In this document: positions 37,668 to 47,991 of the stretch, one piece after another
How positions within the stretch are numbered: the first letter of the stretch is position 1
How the letters are laid out: the number at the start of each line of letters is the position of its first letter
Assembly: GCA_944390275.1 (NCBI GenBank)
Contig: CALXPL010000003.1
Coordinates: 18,373-82,372 of the forward strand
From: an uncultured Alphaproteobacteria bacterium
Lineage (GTDB): Bacteria; Pseudomonadota; Alphaproteobacteria; RF32; CAG-239
DNA: 64,000 bases
Direction: 5' to 3'
Translations under genes and position numbers: made by a program
The notes under the pieces: model-generated
The model's input: only the letters and a program-made list of their open reading frames with translations
The model's database searches: none
Told to the model about the DNA's origin: nothing

Positions 37668-40244
37668 ATGATTCTTGATGACCAAATTGGTTCTCTTGCA
37701 CAGTTGTTTGGCATTGAAGCCGAAGCTTCAACCGAAAATAAGGTTTTCTTGTTACAATCGATGGGTGTTCTTTCCGAAGATTTTAACCCCTATGATAAAG
37801 ATAAAGTTTTTGCTAATTCTCTTTTTTTGAAAGATCTCATTAAAACGCAAATAGATGCCGAATATAAAAATGTTGTTCATCAGGTGTCTGTTATGCGTAA
37901 AAATAGGGTGGAGCATCTTGTTATTGCTTTGCCTGATGGGGTGGATAAACTCTCTTGGGAATTGAACGAAGAAAATTGTGATTGCCCTTACCGTTACGAA
38001 ATCGATGCTTCTCAGCTTGAACCCGTTAAAAATAATGACGGTTCTGATTGTTCTCATTCTATTGACGGGGTTATCTATAGAAAATATAAATTTTCTTTCC
38101 CTTTTGATATCGGCTTGGGGTATCATAACGTAAAGTTTTCTTTTAAACATCCAAACTCCGGAAATTTAGTAGAACATACCTCTCGTATCATTTCTGCTCC
38201 CGAAAAATGCTATGATCGTTTGGGGATTGATCAAGGCAAGAAAACTTGGGGTGTGCCCGTTCAACTTTATGAACAAGTGTCTGAAAATAATCTTGGTATC
38301 GGAAATTTTAGCGATTTGGCTCAGTTAGGACATATCTTAGGAAAAAATGGCGCCGGTATTATCGGTGTTAACCCTTTACATGCCATGCGTGATGATCAAC
38401 CTGAAAATGCAAGTCCTTATGAGCCGGATAGCCGTATGTTCTTTAATTATATCTATTTGGATGTAACGGCGATTAAGGAGTTTAAAAATAGTCCTGAAAT
38501 TCAAAAATATTATCATAGCTCAGAATTTCAGGAAAAAATTAAAGCAAACCGTCGTAAAACTTATGTCGATTATGCTATTACGCAAGAGTTAGTCGATGAT
38601 ATTGTTGGGAAATGTTTTGATAAATTTTGTGAAAATAAAAAATCCGAAGATTATAAACGCTTTTGTGTCTTTTGTGATAAGTATGGCGATGATTTAGAAA
38701 TGTATGCTTTGTATCGCGCCCTCAGCCGTTACATGGCTCAACAAAATCCTCCTCCCGTTTCTTGGCAACAATGGCCAAAGCAATACAAAAATCCTAATTC
38801 TCCTGAAGTACGACGTTTCCAATATGCTAATCGGGATTGGATTAATTTCTATAAATATTCTCAATGGCAGTGCCATGACCAATTGCAAAAAGTTCAAGAA
38901 GCCTGTCTTAATTCCGGTATGGCTATCGGTTTATATACGGATAATGCCGTTGGAAGTTCTCGTAAAGGATTTGAAGCATGGTATTATCAAGGCTTGTTTA
39001 TGAAAGCTGCTGCCGGTGCTCCTCCAGATATTTTGAGCCAAGGCGGGCAAAATTGGAGCGTACAAGGTTTTAATCCTATAGCTTTGCGTCAAGAAGGTTA
39101 TGAGCCTTATCGTAAAATTTTGGAAGCAAATATGAAATTTGCCGGTTGTACGCGTATTGATCATGTCTTGCAATTGCAACGCTTGTACATGATTCCTGAA
39201 GGAAAATCTCCAAAAGAAGGTGCTTTTATTTATTATAATTCCGATGAGCTTATGGCTATTGTGGCTTTGGAAAGTCATCGCAATAAAACAATGGTTATTG
39301 GTGAAGATTTAGGCGTTATTCCTGAGGGATTTCGTCCGAAATTGGAAGATTTTGGTATTCTTTCTTATCGGGTCTTGCCTTTTGAGCGGGAAATGGGCTT
39401 CGAAAATGGTTCCGGTAATAATGCTATGCGCCATCCCGAAGAATATCCTCTTCGTTCCGTTTGCGCAACTTCAACTCATGATACACCTCCTTTGGCTGCT
39501 CAATGGAATGTTCAAGATGTTTATCAAAAACTTAAACTCGGCTTGATTGATCAAGAACAAGCAAATAAAAAGTTTGAACAATTTGCAACCCAGCGTGAAT
39601 CTTTGAATTATGCTCTTCAAGAAAAAGGTTGTTGGGAACGTGTCGGAGGGCATGTTTGCTATCGTCCAAGAGAGGATGCCCCTTATATTCCTGAAAAATA
39701 TGTTGAGGCTGTTACGGATTATCTTGGGCAAAGTAATTCTGCCATTATGTTGATTCCTTTTTCTGATATCTTTGGGACTAAAGAAATGGGGAATATTCCC
39801 GGAATCAAGGAACTTCCTTATTCTGATAAGCAGGTTTTGCTCGAAATTAATGAAGATAAGGCTTATCCCAATTGGCGAAAAAAAATGCACATCCCTGTTG
39901 AACATGTTGATAAAATTCAAATCTTTAAAGATGTGGCAAAAATTGTTAATGGTTATCGTGCTGATGGTAACAATGGGAAAGGTCTCTTTTTTCAATTTCA
40001 AAGAATGGGAGAACAGCAACAACCTGTTATTAGTTTTGAACATTATCAAAGTCTTTATAATATTTTAAAAAACCAGAAGAAATTTCAACAAGAAAATATG
40101 TTGCGCGTTCGTTATGGTGATGCTTATAAAAATCGTATTCAAAACCGTACACAACGAGTGAAAAATTATTTTCATCAGACAAAAAATGCTTATGATGCTT
40201 TTCGTTTAGAGCAGTTGCGAAGTAAAGTTGCGGCTATGCGTTAG
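37668..40244 (+). CDS. malQ: 4-alpha-glucanotransferase (amylomaltase, GH77) with an N-terminal extension.
   Basis: GH77 catalytic region (RIDHVLQLQRLYMIPEG...VIGEDLGVIPEGF...VLPFE). 858 aa. A putative promoter TTGACT-17-TATATT lies about 60 nt upstream. Confidence 0.85.
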   Translation: MILDDQIGSLAQLFGIEAEASTENKVFLLQSMGVLSEDFNPYDKDKVFANSLFLKDLIKTQIDAEYKNVVHQVSVMRKNRVEHLVIALPDGVDKLSWELNEENCDCPYRYEIDASQLEPVKNNDGSDCSHSIDGVIYRKYKFSFPFDIGLGYHNVKFSFKHPNSGNLVEHTSRIISAPEKCYDRLGIDQGKKTWGVPVQLYEQVSENNLGIGNFSDLAQLGHILGKNGAGIIGVNPLHAMRDDQPENASPYEPDSRMFFNYIYLDVTAIKEFKNSPEIQKYYHSSEFQEKIKANRRKTYVDYAITQELVDDIVGKCFDKFCENKKSEDYKRFCVFCDKYGDDLEMYALYRALSRYMAQQNPPPVSWQQWPKQYKNPNSPEVRRFQYANRDWINFYKYSQWQCHDQLQKVQEACLNSGMAIGLYTDNAVGSSRKGFEAWYYQGLFMKAAAGAPPDILSQGGQNWSVQGFNPIALRQEGYEPYRKILEANMKFAGCTRIDHVLQLQRLYMIPEGKSPKEGAFIYYNSDELMAIVALESHRNKTMVIGEDLGVIPEGFRPKLEDFGILSYRVLPFEREMGFENGSGNNAMRHPEEYPLRSVCATSTHDTPPLAAQWNVQDVYQKLKLGLIDQEQANKKFEQFATQRESLNYALQEKGCWERVGGHVCYRPREDAPYIPEKYVEAVTDYLGQSNSAIMLIPFSDIFGTKEMGNIPGIKELPYSDKQVLLEINEDKAYPNWRKKMHIPVEHVDKIQIFKDVAKIVNGYRADGNNGKGLFFQFQRMGEQQQPVISFEHYQSLYNILKNQKKFQQENMLRVRYGDAYKNRIQNRTQRVKNYFHQTKNAYDAFRLEQLRSKVAAMR

Positions 40245-40300
40245 GTTTTTTGTATGGTGTTTTTATAGAGCGGATTTTGTTCCGCTTTTTCTTTATTTTT

Positions 40301-40750
40301 TTATACTAATTCATCCACTTCTTCCGGTGGTTCATTATTTTCGTATAAGTGTTTTATGTAATGTTCATTATAGTATTTTTCTTGTTCTTGCTCTATTTCA
40401 TCTCTGATAATTGTTTGATTTGTGTCATAAACACTTATTTTACGATTACGGTTTATTTCTCTCTTATCAACTTCTTCATAAGCTCCACTGGCACTGATTG
40501 CTTCAACGGCACCAGCTACGTAAGTTTGATTGCTTAGTATTTTTGCTTCACGATTTTCTTTATTTTGTGGAGTATATTCTTCTTTATTGCTGCTTTCGTT
40601 TCGTGCATCAGCATTGACGGATACTTGATTTGACGTATCAATCTTTTCTACAAATTGTTCTGAAGCAGCGGCATATTTTGCATTGTTTGTTCCTGCAACT
40701 TTAGACGTATTGCTTGAACCGGATACTCTTCTAGTAGCGGATATACTCAT
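40301..40750 (-). CDS. Hypothetical protein, predicted to be disordered.
   Basis: 149 aa, S/N/E-rich, with no TM or signal peptide. No family recognised. Confidence 0.35.
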   Translation of the reverse strand: MSISATRRVSGSSNTSKVAGTNNAKYAAASEQFVEKIDTSNQVSVNADARNESSNKEEYTPQNKENREAKILSNQTYVAGAVEAISASGAYEEVDKREINRNRKISVYDTNQTIIRDEIEQEQEKYYNEHYIKHLYENNEPPEEVDELV

Positions 40751-41124
40751 TGTCTTCTCCTGAGCTTTTTTTTCATTTTATCATAATTTATTCTTTTTTT
40801 CTAGTGCTATTTCTTTGATTTTTATTTATTTATCCTTTATTTTTGCTTTGTCGAAGAATCTTAAGTGAGTGTATTTTTATCTTCAAGAACGAATCTTCTT
40901 CTTTTCTTTCTTGGAAAACCGCAGAATCCCTTGATTATTCTTTTTTTGTTGTGAATAACTTAAAAAAAATATTATTTTTGCTTCTTTTTTCCACTTTTTT
41001 TTACTTTTTTTGCGGGTAACCGTTGATTTTATTTGACTTCGCTTTTTTTTCGTTCTTAAATTTCTTTGTAACCGCAGTTTGCTGTTACTTGGTTTATAAC
41101 TTTATTTTAGAGGGAGTCCTCATC

Positions 41125-41397
41125 GTGAATAAAAATGAATTGATTTCCAGCATTTCTAATGATACTGGTTTAACTAAAACTGATTCAGCTAAAGCTGTTG
41201 ATGCTTTCATTTCTTCTGTTACTGAAGCTTTGAAATCAGGCGATGAAGTTCGTTTGGTTGGTTTCGGTACTTTTGCTGTTTCTAAGCGTTCTGCTACTAC
41301 CGGCCGTAATCCTCGTACCGGTGCCGAAATTAAAATTCCGGCTCGTAATCAGGCTAAATTTAAAGCTGGTAAGGCTCTTCAGGACTCTGTTAACTAA
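41125..41397 (+). CDS. hupB: DNA-binding protein HU.
   Basis: GTG start with RBS GAGGGAG. MNKNELISSIS...GFGTFAVSKRSATTGRNPRTGAEIKIPARNQAKFKAGKALQ matches the HU/IHF fold and arm. Confidence 0.85.
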   Translation: MNKNELISSISNDTGLTKTDSAKAVDAFISSVTEALKSGDEVRLVGFGTFAVSKRSATTGRNPRTGAEIKIPARNQAKFKAGKALQDSVN

Positions 41398-41449
41398 TTT
41401 AAGTGTGGACTGGCTTATGCTCAGTCCTTCTTCTTTAGTTATTCTGAAT

Positions 41450-41509
41450 AAAAAAGCTCTCTTTTTTAATCTGCCCTAAAGTTGGACAGTAAAAAAAGAG
41501 AGCTTTTTT
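41450..41509. terminator. Long inverted repeat that may act as a bidirectional terminator between hupB and scoB.
   Basis: aaaaaagctctctttttt ...23 nt... aaaaaagagagctttttt. The arms are perfectly complementary over 18 bp. Confidence 0.3.
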
Positions 41510-41522
41510 ATTGTTTCTTTTG

Positions 41523-42188
41523 TTATGCCGCCATGTTTTGTAGGTGGCTTGGTATTATTAAGTCGGCTTCTACCGTTGATGTTATATCTTCTAATGTGAA
41601 TAGTGGATTTATTTCTTCCAGAACCAAGCCTTCCTCACTTACTCTTAAAACACATCGTTCGGTAACTATCAAATCTACTTCATGGGCAGCTGTTAATGGC
41701 AAAGTGCACTTTTTTAATATCTTAATTCCATTCTTGGAGAGATGTTCCATTGCTACTATAACTTTTTTGGCTCCGACTACCAAATCCATTGCTCCTCCCA
41801 TGCCTGGAACAAAAACTCCAGGAACCATCCAGTTGGCTATGTTTCCTTCTTGATCTACTTGTAAAGCTCCAAGAACCGTTGCATCTATATGCCCCCCTCT
41901 TATCATGGTAAAAGAGGTCATGCTGTCAAAAAATACGGCTCCGGATTTTGTGGTTACGGGTATCCCTCCGGCATTGGTAATCTTTGGGTCTTCTTTTCCT
42001 TCTTGTGGTTTGGGCCCAACTCCAATAACACCGTTTTCTGATTGTATCATGACATGCATCTCTTGCGGTATGTAATTGGCTACTTCTGTCGGAAGACCTA
42101 TTCCTAGTGTTATATAGTCTCCTTCATGTAGTTCTTGAGCTACTCGTTTGGCTATGATTGCTCTAATTTCTTCTTTGCTTAATTCCAT
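41523..42188 (-). CDS. scoB: 3-oxoacid CoA-transferase subunit B.
   Basis: 221 aa. CoA-transferase family I beta subunit, including the catalytic Glu region ...SENG. Confidence 0.85.
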   Translation of the reverse strand: MELSKEEIRAIIAKRVAQELHEGDYITLGIGLPTEVANYIPQEMHVMIQSENGVIGVGPKPQEGKEDPKITNAGGIPVTTKSGAVFFDSMTSFTMIRGGHIDATVLGALQVDQEGNIANWMVPGVFVPGMGGAMDLVVGAKKVIVAMEHLSKNGIKILKKCTLPLTAAHEVDLIVTERCVLRVSEEGLVLEEINPLFTLEDITSTVEADLIIPSHLQNMAA

Positions 42189-42197
42189 GTCTGTTTC

Positions 42198-42848
42198 CTA
42201 TTGGTTGATTGCTATAATATAATCTACAAATATACCTGGAATCGTAATCATGTTCGGATCTAAACTTCCTTCAATGAGCCTATCTGCTTCAACAATTACC
42301 GTTTTGGCTGCCGTTGCCATAACGGTGTTGAAGTTTTTGGTGCTGCCTTCCAAGTAAACATTTCCAAATCTATCGGCTTTGGTACCATAAATAATTGCAA
42401 AATCTGCTTTTAGGGGTTTTTCATAAAGATACTTTTTTCCTTCTATTTCTATGATTTGTTTATCTTTTTCTACTATAGTTCCTATTCCGGTAGGAGTTAA
42501 GACTCCGCCTAAACCTGCTCCTCCGGCGCGAATCCTTTCAACTAATGTTCCCATTGGAACAAGTTCAACTTCTAAACTGCCGTCGTGCATTTGTTTTCCT
42601 GTTTCAGGATTGGTTCCAACATGTGCAACTATAGCTTTTTTTATTCTTTTGTTGCTGATTAGTTTTCCTCGGTCGCTGTCAGGATAGGAGGTGTCATTGG
42701 CAATCAGTGTTAAATCATGGATATTGTTTGCTAGTAATTCATCTATGATTTTGGTTGGTGTTCCGCATTTAAGAAAGCCTCCTATCATAAGGCTTGCTCC
42801 GTTACCGATGAGCTTTCCAGCATCACTGACTGAGATTATTCTTTTCAC
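42198..42848 (-). CDS. scoA: 3-oxoacid CoA-transferase subunit A.
   Basis: 216 aa. CoA-transferase family I alpha subunit. Adjacent to and co-directional with scoB. Confidence 0.85.
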   Translation of the reverse strand: MKRIISVSDAGKLIGNGASLMIGGFLKCGTPTKIIDELLANNIHDLTLIANDTSYPDSDRGKLISNKRIKKAIVAHVGTNPETGKQMHDGSLEVELVPMGTLVERIRAGGAGLGGVLTPTGIGTIVEKDKQIIEIEGKKYLYEKPLKADFAIIYGTKADRFGNVYLEGSTKNFNTVMATAAKTVIVEADRLIEGSLDPNMITIPGIFVDYIIAINQ

Positions 42849-43085
42849 TGTTGCTTTATCCTTTCCTTTTGACCGGATGCATTATAACATATTTTTTTTA
42901 AAAGTACAGCGTTTAATGCAAATCGAAATTTCTTTATTACTTTAGGGTGTATTATTTGGTATGATTACTTTTTTCCCTTGTTAGAAGTTTGTTTTTTCTT
43001 TATTTTGAAAAAAATGTAATTTTTTTTGTTTTTTTTACTTGATTAATTTTTTTTATAAGTGTATAAACTATTTTGTTGTTAACGA

Positions 43086-43161
43086 GGGCGCTTAGCTCAG
43101 CTGGAAGAGCATCTCGTTTACACCGAGAGGGTCGGGAGTTCGAACCTCTCAGCGCCCACCA
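43086..43161 (+). tRNA. tRNA-Val (anticodon TAC).
   Basis: Acceptor stem GGGCGCT/AGCGCCC. D-arm AGCTCAGCTGGAAGAGC. Anticodon loop TTTACAC. T-arm GGTTCGAACC. CCA encoded. Confidence 0.8.
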
Positions 43162-43166
43162 TTTTG

Positions 43167-43193
43167 AAAACCGCATTCTATGCGGTTTTTTTT
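43167..43193 (+). terminator. Rho-independent terminator after tRNA-Val.
   Basis: aaaaccgcat tct atgcggtttt hairpin followed by a T-run. Confidence 0.65.
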
Positions 43194-43300
43194 CTTTTAA
43201 ATTTTTTATCTGCGTTGTTTATTTTTTTTATTTAATACTTGAAGTTGATTTATTTTCTGCTATCTTAAAGCGACATATTAATTTATTACAACCTAGTCAA

Positions 43301-44920
43301 ATGGTGAATGTCTTTATGAAAAATTTTTTCGTGGTGTCGTTTCTTAAAAAAATTTGTCGTGATAAAGAGTTGTTAAATCTTGCTCTTATTGTTTTGTATG
43401 TCGCTTTGGCTTTCTTTCTGAATGAGTTTGTGCAGAATAAACCGCGTTATCGTATGTCTTTTTTTCTTTCTATGGCTTTTTTGTTGCCGGTCTTCCTCTT
43501 TCCTAAACAGGTTAAAATATATTTGCTCCTTTTTTTAGGAATCGTCTATATTCCCACTTTAATTAATGTCGCTCATATTGTTATTTTTGGGGAAGTTATT
43601 AATCCTGCTTCTTTACGTTGTATTTTTAACACAAATTGGGCCGAAGCATGGGAATTTATTGTGCATTTCTCAAGCTGGCAACTTGCAATTTGTTTGTTGG
43701 CGGTTTTAACTTTTGCTTTGCTTGCTTTTCGTACCGCTCGTCCCGTAAATAAACTTAATCCAAATTTAATTAAGTTTCTGTCTCGTTTTTGTTATCTCTG
43801 CTTGATTTTGACTATTTGTAAAGGTGCTTACACTTATTATGACCGTTCTAATCAACTTCCCGTCTTGGCATTACGTGATGAACTACATTCTTATAATCAA
43901 GAAGTTGAAACAACGCTACGCTTGCGAAATTCTCTTCCCGAATATCGCTTTCGTAATATAAAATCTTCTTTGCCGGATGATTTACCTCAAACTTATGTTT
44001 TGGTGATTGGGGAATCTCTTAATCGTAATCATATGAGCCTGTACGGCTATCAGCGTGAAACTTCTCCTCTTCTAAAGCAAATCCAAAATGAACTTTTGCT
44101 CTTTGATAATGTTTATTCTCCCCATGCTACAACTTTAGCAAGTTTAACAAAAGTTTTGAGTTTTGCTAATGATGATGCCGAAGGTTTGGCTATGTTACGC
44201 GGTTCTTTGGTCGATTATTTTAAAGATGCCGGTTTTAAAACTTTTTGGATATCTAATCAATTTGATTCCGGTGAAAATGATGATTTGCTCGGTGTTTGGG
44301 GGCATGCCGCCGATGAACCTCTCTTTATTAATAAATCTTATTGGCGAAATTTGAATGCTCCTTTTGATGAAAAAGTTATTCCCGTTTTTGAAACGGCTCT
44401 TCAGGATAAAGCTCCTAAAAAACTTATCTTGGTTCATTTAATGGGGAGCCATACACGTTATACAAAACGTTATCCTAATAGTTTTAACAAATTTTCAGGA
44501 GATGGAGCTAGAGCCCTCAATGTTGCTCAGTATGATAATTCTGTGCTCTACAATGATTTTGTTGTGCGTTCTTTAATCGAAACTTTACGCAAGTATTCCA
44601 ATAATCACGCGGCATCGTTACTTTATCTTTCCGATCATGGCGAAGATGTGTCTGAAGCTCCTGATAGCTGTCATTGTCATTCCGAAGTGATTGCTTCTGA
44701 AGAAATGTTTCAAATTCCTTTTATTGTGTGGAATTCTTCAAAATATAATCAAATCCGTTCTGGTTTTGTGCAAAAAATTAAGTCTAAGCAGAATGTATTG
44801 TTTAATTCTGAAAATTTAATCCATGCTTTTGCCGAGTTAGCCGGGCTTAAAAATAAAGATATTAACCCAAGATTAAGTTTGTTTGCCGACAATTATAAAA
44901 TTCCCGATGAACCTTTCTAG
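43301..44920 (+). CDS. Phosphoethanolamine transferase of the EptA/CptA sulfatase superfamily. A role in LPS modification is the hypothesis.
   Basis: Start set at ATG 43301, downstream of tRNA-Val and its terminator. The longer ORF in the track overlaps the tRNA. It has five N-terminal TM helices and a periplasmic sulfatase domain with LVHLMGSHTRYTKRYP and YLSDHGE motifs. Confidence 0.75.
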   Translation: MVNVFMKNFFVVSFLKKICRDKELLNLALIVLYVALAFFLNEFVQNKPRYRMSFFLSMAFLLPVFLFPKQVKIYLLLFLGIVYIPTLINVAHIVIFGEVINPASLRCIFNTNWAEAWEFIVHFSSWQLAICLLAVLTFALLAFRTARPVNKLNPNLIKFLSRFCYLCLILTICKGAYTYYDRSNQLPVLALRDELHSYNQEVETTLRLRNSLPEYRFRNIKSSLPDDLPQTYVLVIGESLNRNHMSLYGYQRETSPLLKQIQNELLLFDNVYSPHATTLASLTKVLSFANDDAEGLAMLRGSLVDYFKDAGFKTFWISNQFDSGENDDLLGVWGHAADEPLFINKSYWRNLNAPFDEKVIPVFETALQDKAPKKLILVHLMGSHTRYTKRYPNSFNKFSGDGARALNVAQYDNSVLYNDFVVRSLIETLRKYSNNHAASLLYLSDHGEDVSEAPDSCHCHSEVIASEEMFQIPFIVWNSSKYNQIRSGFVQKIKSKQNVLFNSENLIHAFAELAGLKNKDINPRLSLFADNYKIPDEPF

Positions 44921-45018
44921 GAAATTGGAAGTTTGATAATTATAATTTTAGGGTTGTATTTCTCTTTATTTCTTTTATAGTATTTGTGTCTTTTTTATAT
45001 TTGTTTGTATAGGTTGTA

Positions 45019-46788
45019 ATGTTTACGAATTTTAAACAAAAATTTAATTCTTTTTATTTTGTAAAAAACTATCGCAAAATTTTAGTATATGTGAAGCCTT
45101 ATTGGTTTCGTGCTTTAATCGCTGTTTTGATTACTATTCCCATTGGAAGTATGGATGCCGTTATCGCTTGGTCTTTACGCCCTTATATGGATGTGGTGAT
45201 GGTTGAAAAAAATACAACGGCTTCTTCGACTTATCTTATCCCGTTGTTGATTGTCGTATTTAGCTGTTTTCAGAGTTTGCTTAATTATACCGCGACTTAT
45301 TTAAATACTTGGGTCGGGCAAAAAATTGCCATGGATGTCAAACTTAAACTTTTTGCAAAGTTAATGACTTATAATGCGGCTTTTTTTGATAAACGTAATT
45401 CCGGTGATATCCTCTTTCGGTTTAATGCCGATGTCGATTTAGCTTGCAGCGGCTTGCTTTCTAATTTAAAACTTTTTACAACACGCGTTTTTTCTTCGCT
45501 TTCCTTAATCGGCGTTTTGTTTTATAATTCTTGGCAACTGGCTATTGTGGCTGTGGTTGTTTTGTTGGGGGCTCTTTTCCCGTTAACTCGTGTGCGTCGC
45601 AAAATTTTGAGCATTATGGATAAGACTATCTTTTCCGGTGCCGCGGTCATGACGCATTATAATGAAACTTACAGCGGTAACCGAATCGTTACTTCTTATA
45701 ATTTATATGATTATCAGTTAGCGCGATTTAAAAATACTTTGCATAGTGTTTTTAAACTCGGTATGAAAATGATTCAGCGTACTGGTATGCTTTCTCCTTT
45801 GATGCATTTTATTGTCTCTCTCGGTACTGCCGCGGTTATTTGGTTAGGAAGTTATCTCATTGTTACTCATCAAATTACTGCGGGGAGTTTTGTTTCTTTT
45901 ATTACGGCGTTAATTATGCTGTATAACCCTATTAAAAGTATCGGTAATAATTTTAACTCTGTGCAAATGTCTTTAATGGCGATGGAACGCGTGTTCGGTT
46001 TGTTGGAAGCAACACCCGCGATTACCAGTAAACCTAATGCCGTTAAACTTGATAAAGTTGTTAATGAAATTGAATATAAAGATGTTTGTTTCGAATATGT
46101 TCCCGGTAAGCCTATTCTTAAGCATGTTAATTTAAAAATTAAGGTGGGTGAAACGGTTGCCTTTGTCGGTAATTCCGGCGGTGGTAAAACAACTATGGTA
46201 AATATCTTACCGCGTTTTTATGATATTAAATCCGGTTCTTTGACTATTGACGGAATCGATGTGCGTGATATTGAGTTAAATTCTCTTCGCGATAAAATTG
46301 CGATTGTGTTTCAAGATAATTTTTTGTTTTCGGGGACTATTCGCGAAAATATTCTTTTGGGACGTGAAGATGCAACTCCCGAACAATTGAATAATGCCAT
46401 AAAAGCAGCTTGTTTAGAAGAATTTATTCAAACTTTGGAAAAGGGGTTGGATACTCAAATCGGAGAAAGAGGTGTTTTGCTTTCCGGTGGTCAAAAACAA
46501 CGTGTGGCTATCGCACGTGCCTTTATTAAAAATGCTCCTATTGTTATTTTAGATGAAGCGACTTCGGCTCTTGATAATAAATCTGAGGCGGTTGTTCAAC
46601 AAGCTATTGATAATTTAATGAAAGACAGAACGGTGTTTATTATTGCTCACCGTCTTTCAACCGTACGAAATGCCGATAAAATTGTGGTCGTAAATTATGG
46701 TGAAATTGTTGAGCAAGGTACTCATGAGGAATTATTAAATATGCCTAATAGTATTTATGCTTCTCTTTATCGTGCTCAGTTAAAATAA
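45019..46788 (+). CDS. msbA: ABC exporter with fused permease and ATPase, MsbA-like (lipid A/LPS flippase family).
   Basis: Six TM helices at the N-terminus and an NBD at the C-terminus (GNSGGGKTT, LSGGQKQRVAIARA, ILDEATSALD). It lies between the eptA-like gene and rmlA. The MsbA call rests on context. Confidence 0.6.
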   Translation: MFTNFKQKFNSFYFVKNYRKILVYVKPYWFRALIAVLITIPIGSMDAVIAWSLRPYMDVVMVEKNTTASSTYLIPLLIVVFSCFQSLLNYTATYLNTWVGQKIAMDVKLKLFAKLMTYNAAFFDKRNSGDILFRFNADVDLACSGLLSNLKLFTTRVFSSLSLIGVLFYNSWQLAIVAVVVLLGALFPLTRVRRKILSIMDKTIFSGAAVMTHYNETYSGNRIVTSYNLYDYQLARFKNTLHSVFKLGMKMIQRTGMLSPLMHFIVSLGTAAVIWLGSYLIVTHQITAGSFVSFITALIMLYNPIKSIGNNFNSVQMSLMAMERVFGLLEATPAITSKPNAVKLDKVVNEIEYKDVCFEYVPGKPILKHVNLKIKVGETVAFVGNSGGGKTTMVNILPRFYDIKSGSLTIDGIDVRDIELNSLRDKIAIVFQDNFLFSGTIRENILLGREDATPEQLNNAIKAACLEEFIQTLEKGLDTQIGERGVLLSGGQKQRVAIARAFIKNAPIVILDEATSALDNKSEAVVQQAIDNLMKDRTVFIIAHRLSTVRNADKIVVVNYGEIVEQGTHEELLNMPNSIYASLYRAQLK

Positions 46789-46879
46789 TACTTGGAGAGC
46801 TATTGGTTTTTTTCTTGAAAAATTGCTTAAGTTTGGTGTATGATTTCTTATCGTTTTTTTATTTTTTAAGGAAAAAATT

Positions 46880-47761
46880 ATGAAAGGTATTCTTCTTGCC
46901 GGTGGTTCCGGTTCGCGACTTTATCCTTTAACCAAAACGACCAGCAAACAATTATTGCCTGTCTATGATAAACCGATGATTTATTATCCTTTATCGACGC
47001 TTATGTTGTTTGGAATTCGCGAAATTTTGATTATTTCAACACCTCAAGATATTCCGAATATTGAAAAATTGTTTGGAGATGGACGATGGTTGGGGTTGGA
47101 TATTACTTATAAAGTTCAACAAGAACCAAAAGGAATTGCCGAGGCTTTTTTGATTGGTGCGGATTTTATCGGAAATGATGATGTCTGCTTAATTTTAGGT
47201 GATAATATCTTTTATATGGGTGATCAACTGCAGAATTTCCGTGAAGAAATTAAGAATAATACGGGAGGAACTGTTTTTGGGTATCATGTTTCTGATCCTG
47301 AACGTTTTGGTGTTGTCGAGTTTGATAAAAATCATAAGGTTGTTTCAATTGAGGAAAAACCAAAACAGCCTAAATCAAATTATGCTGTTGTCGGTTTGTA
47401 TTTTTATAAATCAGATGTTGTTGAGAAAGCACGTGCTTTGAAACCTTCAAAACGTGGTGAATTGGAAATTACGGATTTAAATAGTGCTTATCTTGATGAA
47501 GGGCGTTTAAATGTTGTTACAATGAAACGTGGTAATGCTTGGCTTGATGCCGGAACTCCTCAATCTTTATTGGAGGCCTCGAATTTCATTGGTATTATTG
47601 AAAAACGTCAAGATTTAAAAATTGCTTGTATTGAAGAAATTGCTTATCGTCGTGGTTTTATTTCTGATAAACAAATGCTTGATATCATTCATTCATTAAA
47701 AGATGGTATTGAATATAAAGATTATTTGATCAGAATTTATGAAGATTATCACGAATTGTAA
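46880..47761 (+). CDS. rfbA: Glucose-1-phosphate thymidylyltransferase.
   Basis: N-terminal GILLAGGSGSRLYPLT motif. 293 aa. High similarity to RmlA throughout. Confidence 0.9.
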   Translation: MKGILLAGGSGSRLYPLTKTTSKQLLPVYDKPMIYYPLSTLMLFGIREILIISTPQDIPNIEKLFGDGRWLGLDITYKVQQEPKGIAEAFLIGADFIGNDDVCLILGDNIFYMGDQLQNFREEIKNNTGGTVFGYHVSDPERFGVVEFDKNHKVVSIEEKPKQPKSNYAVVGLYFYKSDVVEKARALKPSKRGELEITDLNSAYLDEGRLNVVTMKRGNAWLDAGTPQSLLEASNFIGIIEKRQDLKIACIEEIAYRRGFISDKQMLDIIHSLKDGIEYKDYLIRIYEDYHEL

Positions 47762-47801
47762 GCTTGTTTTTTCTTATAATTATAAAAATCAATACTAAAA
47801 A

Positions 47802-47991
47802 ATGGAAAAAATAATGAAGAAAGCTATAGGCTTTTTAATTTTTGTAATTATGTTGTTGATATATTAATAAAAGCAGGGGCCGATAAAAAAATTCGTAATC
47901 ACGAGGGGGCTTTGTATTTTCAAGTGAATGGGGCTGTTAATACAAGAGTTACATTGCAAGAAGATGGAAATATAATTCAAGAAAATTTTTA
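47802..47991 (+). pseudogene. Possible decayed ankyrin-repeat gene remnant.
   Basis: A short ORF MEKIMKKAIGFLIFVIMLLIY* is followed, in a shifted frame, by IKAGADKKIRNHEGALYFQVNGAV.... The latter resembles the ankyrin consensus LxxAGADVNxxDxxGxT. No intact gene is present in this 320-nt gap. Confidence 0.2.

Noticed and set aside
43073-43300. N-terminal 76 codons of the long ORF 43073..44920 in the track
   Set aside because: This stretch overlaps tRNA-Val (43086-43161) and its terminator. It translates the tRNA (…SSAGRASRLHREGREFEPLSAHH…). The real start is ATG 43301, downstream of the terminator.
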